The notes below the pieces were generated by a model, which saw only the letters and a program-made list of their open reading frames with translations, was not told the DNA's origin and did no database searches. A stretch of DNA of 64,000 bases from Nemertoderma westbladi. Its lineage: Eukaryota > Animalia > Xenacoelomorpha. Location of the stretch: the NCBI GenBank assembly GCA_032718475.1, contig JAUCBJ010003298.1:26649-90648 (forward strand), given 5' to 3'. Positions 26,801 to 40,441 of this stretch are shown piece by piece (position 1 is the stretch's first letter; each line of letters begins with the position of its first letter). The translations under genes and the position numbers were made by a program.

Positions 26801-29800
26801 TCAACCAATGCTATAGAGTTGTTCGTTCGTTCAACCAATGCTATAGAGTTGTTCGTTCGTTCAACCAATGCTATAGAGTTGTTCGTTCGTTCAACCAATG
26901 CTATAGAGTTGTTCGTTCGTTCAACCAATGCTATAGAGTTGTTCGTTCGTTCAACCAATGCTATAGAGTTGTTCGTTCGTTCAACCAATGCTATAGAGTT
27001 GTTCGTTCGTTCAACCAATGCTATAGAGTTGTTCGTTCGTTCAACCAATGCTATAGAGTTGTTCGTTCGTTCAACCAATGCTATAGAGTTGTTCGTTCGT
27101 TCAACCAATGCTATAGAGTTGTTCGTTCGTTCAACCAATGCTATAGAGTTGTTCGTTCGTTCAACCAATGCTATAGAGTTGTTCGTTCGTTCAACCAATG
27201 CTATAGAGTTGTTCGTTCGTTCAACCAATGCTATAGAGTTGTTCGTTCGTTCAACCAATGCTATAGAGTTGTTCGTTCGTTCAACCAATGCTATAGAGTT
27301 GTTCGTTCGTTCAACCAATGCTATAGAGTTGTTCGTTCGTTCAACCAATGCTATAGAGTTGTTCGTTCGTTCAACCAATGCTATAGAGTTGTTCGTTCGT
27401 TCAACCAATGCTATAGAGTTGTTCGTTCGTTCAACCAATGCTATAGAGTTGTTCGTTCGTTCAACCAATGCTATAGAGTTGTTCGTTCGTTCAACCAATG
27501 CTATAGAGTTGTTCGTTCGTTCAACCAATGCTATAGAGTTGTTCGTTCGTTCAACCAATGCTATAGAGTTGTTCGTTCGTTCAACCAATGCTATAGAGTT
27601 GTTCGTTCGTTCAACCAATGCTATAGAGTTGTTCGTTCGTTCAACCAATGCTATAGAGTTGTTCGTTCGTTCAACCAATGCTATAGAGGTGTTCGTTCGT
27701 TCAACCAATGCTATAGAGTTGTTCGTTCGTTCAACCAATGCTATAGAGGTGTTCGTTCGTTCAACCAATGCTATAGAGGTGTTCGTTCGTTCAACCAATG
27801 CTATAGAGTTGTTCGTTCGTTCAACCAATGCTATAGAGTTGTTCGTTCGTTCAACCAATGCTATAGAGTTGTTCGTTCGTTCAACCAATGCTATAGAGTT
27901 GTTCGTTCGTTCAACCAATGCTATAGAGTTGTTCGTTCGTTCAACCAATGCTATAGAGTTGTTCGTTCGTTCAACCAATGCTATAGAGGTGTTCGTTCGT
28001 TCAACCAATGCTATAGAGTTGTTCGTTCGTTCAACCAATGCTATAGAGTTGTTCGTTCGTTCAACCAATGCTATAGAGTTGTTCGTTCGTTCAACCAATG
28101 CTATAGAGTTGTTCGTTCGTTCAACCAATGCTATAGAGGTGTTCGTTCGTTCAACCAATGCTATAGAGTTGTTCGTTCGTTCAACCAATGCTATAGAGTT
28201 GTTCGTTCGTTCAACCAATGCTATAGAGTTGTTCGTTCGTTCAACCAATGCTATAGAGTTGTTCGTTCGTTCAACCAATGCTATAGAGTTGTTCGTTCGT
28301 TCAACCAATGCTATAGAGTTGTTCGTTCGTTCAACCAATGCTATAGAGTTGTTCGTTCGTTCAACCAATGCTATAGAGGTGTTCGTTCGTTCAACCAATG
28401 CTATAGAGTTGTTCGTTCGTTCAACCAATGCTATAGAGTTGTTCGTTCGTTCAACCAATGCTATAGAGTTGTTCGTTCGTTCAACCAATGCTATAGAGTT
28501 GTTCGTTCGTTCAACCAATGCTATAGAGTTGTTCGTTCGTTCAACCAATGCTATAGAGGTGTTCGTTCGTTCAACCAATGCTATAGAGGTGTTCGTTCGT
28601 TCAACCAATGCTATAGAGTTGTTCGTTCGTTCAACCAATGCTATAGAGTTGTTCGTTCGTTCAACCAATGCTATAGAGTTGTTCGTTCGTTCAACCAATG
28701 CTATAGAGTTGTTCGTTCGTTCAACCAATGCTATAGAGTTGTTCGTTCGTTCAACCAATGCTATAGAGTTGTTCGTTCGTTCAACCAATGCTATAGAGTT
28801 GTTCGTTCGTTCAACCAATGCTATAGAGGTGTTCGTTCGTTCAACCAATGCTATAGAGGTGTTCGTTCGTTCAACCAATGCTATAGAGTTGTTCGTTCGT
28901 TCAACCAATGCTATAGAGTTGTTCGTTCGTTCAACCAATGCTATAGAGGTGTTCGTTCGTTCAACCAATGCTATAGAGGTGTTCGTTCGTTCAACCAATG
29001 CTATAGAGGTGTTCGTTCGTTCAACCAATGCTATAGAGGTGTTCGTTCGTTCAACCAATGCTATAGAGGTGTTCGTTCGTTCAACCAATGCTATAGAGTT
29101 GTTCGTTCGTTCAACCAATGCTATAGAGTTGTTCGTTCGTTCAACCAATGCTATAGAGTTGTTCGTTCGTTCAACCAATGCTATAGAGGTGTTCGTTCGT
29201 TCAACCAATGCTATAGAGTTGTTCGTTCGTTCAACCAATGCTATAGAGGTGTTCGTTCGTTCAACCAATGCTATAGAGTTGTTCGTTCGTTCAACCAATG
29301 CTATAGAGTTGTTCGTTCGTTCAACCAATGCTATAGAGTTGTTCGTTCGTTCAACCAATGCTATAGAGTTGTTCGTTCGTTCAACCAATGCTATAGAGTT
29401 GTTCGTTCGTTCAACCAATGCTATAGAGTTGTTCGTTCGTTCAACCAATGCTATAGAGTTGTTCGTTCGTTCAACCAATGCTATAGAGTTGTTCGTTCGT
29501 TCAACCAATGCTATAGAGTTGTTCGTTCGTTCAACCAATGCTATAGAGTTGTTCGTTCGTTCAACCAATGCTATAGAGTTGTTCGTTCGTTCAACCAATG
29601 CTATAGAGTTGTTCGTTCGTTCAACCAATGCTATAGAGTTGTTCGTTCGTTCAACCAATGCTATAGAGTTGTTCGTTCGTTCAACCAATGCTATAGAGTT
29701 GTTCGTTCGTTCAACCAATGCTATAGAGTTGTTCGTTCGTTCAACCAATGCTATAGAGTTGTTCGTTCGTTCAACCAATGCTATAGAGTTGTTCGTTCGT

Positions 29801-32800
29801 TCAACCAATGCTATAGAGTTGTTCGTTCGTTCAACCAATGCTATAGAGTTGTTCGTTCGTTCAACCAATGCTATAGAGTTGTTCGTTCGTTCAACCAATG
29901 CTATAGAGTTGTTCGTTCGTTCAACCAATGCTATAGAGTTGTTCGTTCGTTCAACCAATGCTATAGAGGTGTTCGTTCGTTCAACCAATGCTATAGAGGT
30001 GTTCGTTCGTTCAACCAATGCTATAGAGGTGTTCGTTCGTTCAACCAATGCTATAGAGGTGTTCGTTCGTTCAACCAATGCTATAGAGTTGTTCGTTCGT
30101 TCAACCAATGCTATAGAGTTGTTCGTTCGTTCAACCAATGCTATAGAGTTGTTCGTTCGTTCAACCAATGCTATAGAGTTGTTCGTTCGTTCAACCAATG
30201 CTATAGAGGTGTTCGTTCGTTCAACCAATGCTATAGAGTTGTTCGTTCGTTCAACCAATGCTATAGAGTTGTTCGTTCGTTCAACCAATGCTATAGAGTT
30301 GTTCGTTCGTTCAACCAATGCTATAGAGGTGTTCGTTCGTTCAACCAATGCTATAGAGTGTTCGTTCGTTCAACCAATGCTATAGAGTGTTCGTTCGTTC
30401 AACCAATGCTATAGAGGTGTTCGTTCGTTCAACCAATGCTATAGAGTTGTTCGTTCGTTCAACCAATGCTATAGAGGTGTTCGTTCGTTCAACCAATGCT
30501 ATAGAGTTGTTCGTTCGTTCAACCAATGCTATAGAGTTGTTCGTTCGTTCAACCAATGCTATAGAGTTGTTCGTTCGTTCAACCAATGCTATAGAGGTGT
30601 TCGTTCAACCAATGCTATAATGTGTTCGTTCAACCAATGCTATAGAGTTGTTCGTTCGTTCAACCAATGCTATAGAGGTGTTCGTTCGTTCAACCAATGC
30701 TATAGAGGTGTTCGTTCGTTCAACCAATGCTATAGAGTTGTTCGTTCGTTCAACCAATGCTATAGAGTTGTTCGTTCGTTCAACCAATGCTATAGAGTTG
30801 TTCGTTCGTTCAACCAATGCTATAGAGTTGTTCGTTCGTTCAACCAATGCTATAGAGTTGTTCGTTCGTTCAACCAATGCTATAGAGTTGTTCGTTCGTT
30901 CAACCAATGCTATAGAGGTGTTCGTTCGTTCAACCAATGCTATAGAGGTGTTCGTTCGTTCAACCAATGCTATAGAGTTGTTCGTTCGTTCAACCAATGC
31001 TATAGAGTTGTTCGTTCGTTCAACCAATGCTATAGAGTTGTTCGTTCGTTCAACCAATGCTATAGAGGTGTTCGTTCGTTCAACCAATGCTATAGAGGTG
31101 TTCGTTCGTTCAACCAATGCTATAGAGGTGTTCGTTCGTTCAACCAATGCTATAGAGGTGTTCGTTCGTTCAACCAATGCTATAGAGGTGTTCGTTCGTT
31201 CAACCAATGCTATAGAGTTGTTCGTTCGTTCAACCAATGCTATAGAGTTGTTCGTTCGTTCAACCAATGCTATAGAGTTGTTCGTTCGTTCAACCAATGC
31301 TATAGAGGTGTTCGTTCGTTCAACCAATGCTATAGAGTTGTTCGTTCGTTCAACCAATGCTATAGAGGTGTTCGTTCGTTCAACCAATGCTATAGAGGTG
31401 TTCGTTCGTTCAACCAATGCTATAGAGTTGTTCGTTCGTTCAACCAATGCTATAGAGTTGTTCGTTCGTTCAACCAATGCTATAGAGTTGTTCGTTCGTT
31501 CAACCAATGCTATAGAGGTGTTCGTTCGTTCAACCAATGCTATAGAGGTGTTCGTTCGTTCAACCAATGCTATAGAGTTGTTCGTTCGTTCAACCAATGC
31601 TATAGAGTTGTTCGTTCGTTCAACCAATGCTATAGAGTTGTTCGTTCGTTCAACCAATGCTATAGAGGTGTTCGTTCGTTCAACCAATGCTATAGAGTTG
31701 TTCGTTCGTTCAACCAATGCTATAGAGGTGTTCGTTCGTTCAACCAATGCTATAGAGGTGTTCGTTCGTTCAACCAATGCTATAGAGTTGTTCGTTCGTT
31801 CAACCAATGCTATAGAGTTGTTCGTTCGTTCAACCAATGCTATAGAGTTGTTCGTTCGTTCAACCAATGCTATAGAGGTGTTCGTTCGTTCAACCAATGC
31901 TATAGAGTTGTTCGTTCGTTCAACCAATGCTATAGAGGTGTTCGTTCGTTCAACCAATGCTATAGAGGTGTTCGTTCGTTCAACCAATGCTATAGAGTTG
32001 TTCGTTCGTTCAACCAATGCTATAGAGTTGTTCGTTCGTTCAACCAATGCTATAGAGGTGTTCGTTCGTTCAACCAATGCTATAGAGGTGTTCGTTCGTT
32101 CAACCAATGCTATAGAGTTGTTCGTTCGTTCAACCAATGCTATAGAGGTGTTCGTTCGTTCAACCAATGCTATAGAGGTGTTCGTTCGTTCAACCAATGC
32201 TATAGAGTTGTTCGTTCGTTCAACCAATGCTATAGAGGTGTTCGTTCGTTCAACCAATGCTATAGAGGTGTTCGTTCGTTCAACCAATGCTATAGAGGTG
32301 TTCGTTCGTTCAACCAATGCTATAGAGTTGTTCGTTCGTTCAACCAATGCTATAGAGGTGTTCGTTCGTTCAACCAATGCTATAGAGGTGTTCGTTCGTT
32401 CAACCAATGCTATAGAGTTGTTCGTTCGTTCAACCAATGCTATAGAGTTGTTCGTTCGTTCAACCAATGCTATAGAGTTGTTCGTTCGTTCAACCAATGC
32501 TATAGAGTGTTCGTTCGTTCAACCAATGCTATAGAGTTGTTCGTTCGTTCAACCAATGCTATAGAGGTGTTCGTTCGTTCAACCAATGCTATAGAGGTGT
32601 TCGTTCGTTCAACCAATGCTATAGAGTTGTTCGTTCGTTCAACCAATGCTATAGAGTTGTTCGTTCGTTCAACCAATGCTATAGAGGTGTTCGTTCGTTC
32701 AACCAATGCTATAGAGGTGTTCGTTCGTTCAACCAATGCTATAGAGTTGTTCGTTCGTTCAACCAATGCTATAGAGTTGTTCGTTCGTTCAACCAATGCT

Positions 32801-35160
32801 ATAGAGGTGTTCGTTCGTTCAACCAATGCTATAGAGTTGTTCGTTCGTTCAACCAATGCTATAGAGGTGTTCGTTCGTTCAACCAATGCTATAGAGTTGT
32901 TCGTTCGTTCAACCAATGCTATAGAGTTGTTCGTTCGTTCAACCAATGCTATAGAGTTGTTCGTTCGTTCAACCAATGCTATAGAGTTGTTCGTTCGTTC
33001 AACCAATGCTATAGAGGTGTTCGTTCGTTCAACCAATGCTATAGAGGTGTTCGTTCGTTCAACCAATGCTATAGAGGTGTTCGTTCGTTCAACCAATGCT
33101 ATAGAGTTGTTCGTTCGTTCAACCAATGCTATAGAGTTGTTCGTTCGTTCAACCAATGCTATAGAGGTGTTCGTTCGTTCAACCAATGCTATAGAGTTGT
33201 TCGTTCGTTCAACCAATGCTATAGAGGTGTTCGTTCGTTCAACCAATGCTATAGAGTTGTTCGTTCGTTCAACCAATGCTATAGAGTTGTTCGTTCGTTC
33301 AACCAATGCTATAGAGTTGTTCGTTCGTTCAACCAATGCTATAGAGTTGTTCGTTCGTTCAACCAATGCTATAGAGTTGTTCGTTCGTTCAACCAATGCT
33401 ATAGAGTTGTTCGTTCGTTCAACCAATGCTATAGAGTTGTTCGTTCGTTCAACCAATGCTATAGAGTTGTTCGTTCGTTCAACCAATGCTATAGAGTTGT
33501 TCGTTCGTTCAACCAATGCTATAGAGTTGTTCGTTCGTTCAACCAATGCTATAGAGTTGTTCGTTCGTTCAACCAATGCTATAGAGTTGTTCGTTCGTTC
33601 AACCAATGCTATAGAGTTGTTCGTTCGTTCAACCAATGCTATAGAGGTGTTCGTTCGTTCAACCAATGCTATATAGGTGTTCGTTCGTTCAACCAATGCT
33701 ATATAGGTGTTCGTTCAACCAATGCTATATATGTGTTCGTTCAACCAATGCTATAGAGGTGTTCGTTCGTTCAACCAATGCTATAGAGTTGTTCGTTCGT
33801 TCAACCAATGCTATAGAGGTGTTCGTTCGTTCAACCAATGCTATAGAGTTGTTCGTTCGTTCAACCAATGCTATAGAGTTGTTCGTTCGTTCAACCAATG
33901 CTATAGAGTTGTTCGTTCGTTCAACCAATGCTATATAGGTGTTCGTTCAACCAATGCTATATATGTGTTCGTTCAACCAATGCTATAGAGGTGTTCGTTC
34001 AACCAATGTTATAGAGGTGTTCGTTCAACCAATGCTATAGAGGTGTTCGTTCGTTCAACCAATGCTATAGAGGTGTTCGTTCGTTCAACCAATGCTATAG
34101 AGTTGTTCGTTCGTTCAACCAATGCTATAGAGTTGTTCGTTCGTTCAACCAATGCTATAGAGTTGTTCGTTCGTTCAACCAATGCTATAGAGGTGTTCGT
34201 TCGTTCAACCAATGCTATAGAGGTGTTCGTTCGTTCAACCAATGTTATAGAGTTGTTCGTTCGTTCAACCAATGTTATAGAGGTGTTCGTTCGTTCAACC
34301 AATGCTATAGAGGTGTTCGTTCGTTCAACCAATGCTATAGAGTTGTTCGTTCGTTCAACCAATGCTATAGAGTTGTTCGTTCGTTCAACCAATGCTATAG
34401 AGTTGTTCGTTCGTTCAACCAATGCTATAGAGGTGTTCGTTCGTTCAACCAATGCTATAGAGGTGTTCGTTCGTTCAACCAATGTTATAGAGTTGTTCGT
34501 TCGTTCAACCAATGTTATAGAGGTGTTCGTTCGTTCAACCAATGCTATAGAGGTGTTCGTTCGTTCAACCAATGCTATAGAGTTGTTCGTTCGTTCAACC
34601 AATGCTATAGAGTTGTTCGTTCGTTCAACCAATGCTATAGAGTTGTTCGTTCGTTCAACCAATGCTATAGAGGTGTTCGTTCGTTCAACCAATGTTATAG
34701 AGTTGTTCGTTCGTTCAACCAATGCTATAGAGGTGTTCGTTCGTTCAACCAATGCTATAGAGGTGTTCGTTCGTTCAACCAATGTTATAGAGTTGTTCGT
34801 TCGTTCAACCAATGCTATAGAGTTGTTCGTTCGTTCAACCAATGCTATAGAGGTGTTCGTTCGTTCAACCAATGCTATAGAGGTGTTCGTTCGTTCAACC
34901 AATGCTATAGAGGTGTTCGTTCGTTCAACCAATGCTATAGAGGTGTTCGTTCGTTCAACCAATGCTATAGAGGTGTTCGTTCGTTCAACCAATGCTATAG
35001 AGGTGTTCGTTCGTTCAACCAATGCTATAGAGTTGTTCGTTCGTTCAACCAATGCTATAGAGGTGTTCGTTCAACCAATGCTATAGAGGTGTTCGTTCGT
35101 TCAACCCATGTTATAGAGGTGTTCGTTCGTTCAACCCATGTTATAGAGGTGTTCGTTCAA
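14865..35160. repeat. 20.3-kb 30-bp satellite array (about 680 copies)
   Basis: Unit GTTCGTTCGTTCAACCAATGCTATAGAG(G/T)T; 26-bp and 35-bp variants near the edges, nearly invariant core at about 24-33.6 kb. Confidence 0.98.
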
Positions 35161-35904
35161 CAAAAATGATAGAATTTGGTTAATTATTTAAATGTTTTTT
35201 TATTAATTCAATTTTTAATCATTAAATGCACAAATGTCTCATAAAATGAATAAATAACATACTTAAAAAAAAATAAAATAAAATGAGTTAAAATTTAAGG
35301 TCGCAGAAAGTACTGTACTAGTCCCTAGCTAGAGCCTCTCGGGAGAGGCTGCTGGAACATGATACGCTAATGAGTTCCCTATCTTTAAATGTTTTAATTA
35401 AATTATATACGGGTATTTAAATAGCATGTAGAAACGTATGAAAATGATTTATTTAATTTGTTATATTATGATAAGGTTTATTTATATCCCATGCCTTAAT
35501 TATTCAATTATTAGTCTTAAAACAACTTCATTTATATAAATATAATTTATAGGTATATTTTTGCACCGTCTCTAGAAGTGTGTCCACCACAGTTAGTTTC
35601 ATTATTATTTCACGAGATCTAGCCTAGATATTGTAGCATGAGATATCCGCACAGTGGCTTTATTTTGTTAGATTTTGTGCGATTTTACTGAATTTATAAT
35701 TCTATATATTTAGTTCATTTCTATTTGCCATTAAACCATTATTGCTGGTCTACGTTTATAATTATTATGTTTTTTGGTGCCACTCATTATATTATTTACT
35801 CATAATATAAAGAAAACTGGATCGCATATTATTAATAATATAATATATATATAATATATATATAATAAATATATATAATATATAATATAATATAATATAA
35901 TTAT

Positions 35905-36476
35905 TGATCGAGCTCGGAGATCTGGTATGACCTCATGTTTACCTCTTCAGCAGTGCCCACTGAATAGTAGTGGTTGGTCATATTATACCATAAAGCTCAG
36001 TGTTTGTCATGTGTTGTCTCCAACTTATGTTTAGGGCTGACCATAGAAGTCTTTGTAGCAAACATCAATTCGTTGTTCAAGTGATTTCTTCAGTGTCCAA
36101 GACTCACTCCCGTATAGATACACTTTCCACTGTGTCTGATTATTCCAGGTGGTATCCATATTTTTGATATTTTTGAGAGATCCACCCATGACTTTGCTTT
36201 CCTAACTTCTATGCCTTTTTTGCTGCTCTCTATCCATAATCCATGATCAAAGGTACTGCAAGTCCTCAACTTTCCTTAGTGGATTATTATCAATTGTTGT
36301 CAAGTTTTCATAACATTAAATGTCATGAATTCGGTCTTGGTAGCATTTATATGCAATCCAACCTACATATAGTCGCCCTCTCCACTTTATTTAGTAGAAG
36401 CTGTGCATCTGCTAGCTTATTAGAGAGCAGGGCGATGTCATCCGCAAAGTCGGTGTCTGTGACTGTGTCGGTGTCT
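35905..36476 (-). mobile_element. Decayed, internally deleted RTE LINE fragment (same family as 40442-42550)
   Basis: Reverse complement matches the intact copy at about 41785-42540, e.g. GATGTCATCCGCAAAGTC (FADDI motif) and AGATCTGGTATGACCTC…CAGCAGTGCCCACTGAAT; frameshifts and deletions are present. Confidence 0.9.
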
Positions 36477-37002
36477 GTCTGTCTGAAACGTGTAGAAAAA
36501 ACATTGATAAATAAATTTTCATCATATTGAATTTATATACGCTCGTAGACTTTCCTACGATAGGCCTAATTTTGTAAACAAACATTCCAAATCAATTATT
36601 TCAAATCTCACAAGCGCAATGACACATCAACATAAAGACTGCTGAACTTACGGTGAGAATGTTTTAGTATTACTTTGTAGTTAGTGGAATTCTGGTTGGT
36701 AGTGCAGTGGTGAGGTTGAGCAAACATGTAGCTAAAAGTTTTTCTAATTTGAAATATCAGGTTTCGCTATAGAGCTTTCAGATAGTTGTAATTAGTGGCC
36801 ACTCTACCTACAGTAGCATTGAATCTTGAATTATTATAAAAAAAAAGTAAAACAGTAAAGTTTTCTTCTCCACAAGGTAAACTTTAATAACTCAAAGCGG
36901 TATTGCTTTTGTTTTGTAGTTATATTTGTATTCCAAAATTATAACATTACCCAACGCTGATATTATAACGCGCATTATAACTTTAGAGGAGAACATAGTC
37001 AC

Positions 37003-37826
37003 ATTACAGCACTGTACTTACATTTATTAGCAAAGTAATGTAGACTTTACAGCACTGCACTTACATTTATTAGCAAAGTAATGTAGACTTTACAGCACTG
37101 CACTCACATTTATTAGCAAAGTAATGTACACTTTACAGTACTGCACTTACATTTATTAGCAAAGTAATGTAGACTTTACAGCACTGCACTTACATTTATT
37201 AGCAAAGTAATGTAGACATTACATCACTGCACTTACATTTATTAGCAAAGTAATGTAGACTTTACATCACTGCACTTACATGTATTAGCAAAGTAATGTA
37301 GACTTTACAGCACTGCACTTACATTTATTAGCAAAGTAATGTAGACTTTACATCACTGCACTTACATTTATTAGCAAAGTAATGTAGACTTTACATCACT
37401 GCACTTACATTTATTAGCAAAGTAATGTAGACTTTACAGCACTACACATACATTTATTAGCAAAGTAATGTAGACTTTACAGCACTGCACTTACATTTAT
37501 TAGCAAAGTAATGTAAACTTTACAGCACTGCACTTACATTTATTAGCAAAGTAATGTAGACTTTACAGCACTGCACTTACATTTATTAGCAAAGTAATGT
37601 AGACTTTACAGCACTGCACTTACATTTATTAGCAGAGTAATGTAGACTTTACAGCACTGCACTTACATTTATTAGCAAAGTAATGTAGACTTTACAGCAC
37701 TGCACTTACATTTATTAGCAAAGTAATGTAGACTTTACAGCACTGCACTTACATTTATTAGCAAAGTAATGTAGACTTTACAGCACTGCACTTACATTTA
37801 TTAGCAAAGTAATGTCGACTTTACAG
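37003..37826. repeat. 43-bp minisatellite (about 19 copies)
   Basis: Unit GTAATGTAGACTTTACAGCACTGCACTTACATTTATTAGCAAA. Confidence 0.96.
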
Positions 37827-37849
37827 TGAGTGACTTTATACACAGCGAT

Positions 37850-38462
37850 TGTCAAATAAACAATGCAGGACAGGTCCAGGATGAGTGACAGCCGGTGTCC
37901 GCCAGACCCGGGATGCGCCAGCAGTGCAGTACCTATTAACCAGTTAACTCTTCTTGACGCCGCTTAAAAAACTAACCAACCGTGATTTATTTTTGAACTG
38001 TTTTTCCACCAACCTGGCTATAGAATCCAGGCTGCCAGGATTGTGCTGTGTTATGTTCTGTTGGTTGCTCCAGTAAGTGTATATCACTTACATAGTATAG
38101 ACTGATAGAAGCAGCAATGAGAATGCTAAGGGAATAAACATTCGCACAGACATTGAAAACCGTCGTGCCAGTCTGTCCTTCTTTGTGAATTTATTACCAT
38201 ATAATATACCTTTACTTTCGCCGTTTCGGGGCCAGTATTTAGTTAACCATAGCAGGCCCTATGCAGCCAAGTGCCAACAAGTCCAACCTAGTGCCAGTTA
38301 GTCAAACCACGTGTCAGCGAGTCCAACCGGATGCCAGTAATTAATCTAAGTCCAACCGGGCGGCCAGGTGTCAGTTAGTACAATAAAACAAGCGCTGTGG
38401 AGCATCCCGGGCCTGAAGGACGTCATCTGTCACTCATCCTGGACCTACATTGTTTATTTGCC
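37850..38462. mobile_element. MITE-like element with imperfect inverted termini of about 65 bp
   Basis: CAAATAAACAATG…AGGTCCAGGATGAGTGACAG…CCCGGGATGC (37853-37917) is the reverse complement of GCATCCCGGG…CTGTCACTCATCCTGGACCT…CATTGTTTATTTG (38402-38460). No TSD identified. Confidence 0.6.
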
Positions 38463-38743
38463 ATTAGGTAGCGGCAGCCGCACTCTTTAAATCATAATCA
38501 TCTGTGTTCACTTCATTTTGATTGGCTGTTGCGTTAAACAAAATAATGCAATGAATACAGAAGGAGGGAAATTTGAATTGTGCTTATAATTTTCTGTCTT
38601 ATCTTGTTATTATATTATAGCTGACTTTGCAACCAAACGATGTAGTGATATGCACGTAGTCAGGTAGTTTCCATACAATCGCTCTTCATAATAATGGTGA
38701 CAACCCGCGAAACTTTGCGGATCCCATAGATAGCTGTAACCAT

Positions 38744-39598
38744 ATGGCGTGTGCTTCGTCTGTTACCACGGTTGTACAACTATTATTGCGGTCGGTCACA
38801 GGTTTAGGATCTCGTTGTTCTAACGACATCCTCTTTGCGCTCTCCACTACGCCTCTACCAAAGTCTTCGCTCGTGGTATTCTTCCCGGGTGATGTACAAA
38901 CCCATCGCGCGGTAATGGATCGAGACCCAGCGACCCGTCAATGGGTCTCATACAGTCTGGAAGACACGGCCACGATTCTAAGCAACCGTTTCCCAGAGTC
39001 CTACGTATGGATCGTCAAGGCCTCCAGATGTCATCGGAACACTTTCAACTGTTACGACAACTTCGTCGAAGGCGATTCGTACGGGGTACCAAATCACTCG
39101 TCCAATAATGGGTATGCGATCCCTCACCTCAAGGCCTTATTGGTCGCTGGTTTCGAGCGTGTAGCCAATGAGCATCCTTCTTCCTATAGGGATCTAGGGG
39201 AGTTGCCGTTACGATTGGTCGGTTTCAGTAAAGGCTGCGTGGTATTAAACCAGATTGTTTATGAGATGGGCGGTGTGTTGAATAATGGCGGGGAAACTGC
39301 CAAGTTTCTGTACAAAATAAAGGAAATTTATTGGTTGGACGGCGGACACAATGGGGATAGAGATTGCTGGATTGTTAATAAACAATGTTTGGGCGGGTTG
39401 GTAACTCTAAATATTAATGTGAACGTTAGTGTGACTCCTTACCAGGTCAGAGACAATAGACGACCTTGGAAGGGGGAGGAACATGTCGCGTTCGTTTCCT
39501 CTCTCAGAGAAATCGGTGCTAAAGTTGTAGAATCACTTCACTTTGCCGATGAGATCGGCAGTCTTACTAATCATTTTAAACTTCTTACTGATTTCTGA
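38744..39598 (+). CDS. C2orf69: UPF0565 family mitochondrial protein, C2orf69 homolog; single-exon ORF of 284 aa
   Basis: Family motifs FFPGDVQ, SLEDTATILSNRFP, F-x-CYDNFV, LVGFSKGCVVLNQ (GxSxG), YWLDGGH, VTPYQVRD and a C-terminal NHF; ATG to TGA uninterrupted. Confidence 0.93.
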   Translation: MACASSVTTVVQLLLRSVTGLGSRCSNDILFALSTTPLPKSSLVVFFPGDVQTHRAVMDRDPATRQWVSYSLEDTATILSNRFPESYVWIVKASRCHRNTFNCYDNFVEGDSYGVPNHSSNNGYAIPHLKALLVAGFERVANEHPSSYRDLGELPLRLVGFSKGCVVLNQIVYEMGGVLNNGGETAKFLYKIKEIYWLDGGHNGDRDCWIVNKQCLGGLVTLNINVNVSVTPYQVRDNRRPWKGEEHVAFVSSLREIGAKVVESLHFADEIGSLTNHFKLLTDF

Positions 39599-39678
39599 AT
39601 TCGGTCGTTTTTACGTTAATATAAATTTATTTAATTGCTTCAAATTAGTTACGTTACGTCGGTCGGTAGCTATATTTT

Positions 39679-40272
39679 GGATACATGACCGAACGTAATC
39701 AGGATCGAATGTAACATAGTTATTTCGTATCGAACGTAACCGCAATTATGTTACATTGGATCCTATAACTATGTTACATTCGATCTACAAATTACTAAGC
39801 TCGAATGTACCATTGCCATTTCAGCATTTACAGATTTAAAGGAGCAGGTTACAGAGGCGTGTAGGGGGAACCAAAACAATAAACGAAAGTTAACACATGT
39901 TACAAGATTATGCAGGTTACTTTTATTTAAAGGCTGAAAGGAGCAGGTTACAGAGGCATGTTAGGGGAACCAAAACAATAAACGAAAGTTAACACATGTT
40001 ACAAGATTATGCAGGTTACTTAATTGGGTCTTGGGTCTTTGTTTCGTACTCACCAACACCAAACTGTTTCTTCCTGTAATTATACGAAGCATTTCATCGG
40101 TTAACTCCTGAAATCAAAACACAACTGAAATAAATGTATGTTACATTCGAGCTTAGTAATTTGTAGATCGAATGTAACATAGTTATAGGATCCAATGTAA
40201 CATAATTGAGGTTACGTTCGATTCGTAAAAACTATGTTACATTCGATCCTGATTACGTTCGGTCTGTCACCC
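39679..40272. mobile_element. Non-autonomous Mutator-like (MULE) MITE with TIRs of about 130 bp and a 9-bp TSD
   Basis: GACCGAACGTAATCAGGATCGAATGTAACATAGT… is mirrored by …ACTATGTTACATTCGATCCTGATTACGTTCGGTC; CTATATTTT is duplicated at 39670-39678 and 40273-40281. Long TIRs plus a 9-bp TSD is the MULE pattern. Confidence 0.8.
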
Positions 40273-40441
40273 CTATATTTTTTAGTGTTTGATTTGTCGC
40301 ATTAGAGTTTTTGTGTTTCAACAGTACAAATATTCAATATGAAGAGGAATTCAATACTCTAAGTGATTATTTTGTGTTAATTATCAGTTAGCATTGTTGT
40401 TATTTTATGTTGTTCTGATTTTGTATATTTTAACGATTAAT

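Noticed and set aside
23921-33696. ORFs of up to about 2150 codons on both strands
   Set aside because: A by-product of a 30-bp unit that lacks stops in several frames; open on both strands, no unique domain, frameshifted by indel variants.
14865-35160. CRISPR-like appearance of 30-bp repeats
   Set aside because: No unique spacers, no cas genes, and spliceosomal eukaryotic context.
40394-40441. Signal-peptide-like N-terminus on the RT ORF
   Set aside because: Starts at TTG in T-rich host DNA outside the TSD; a chance open frame.
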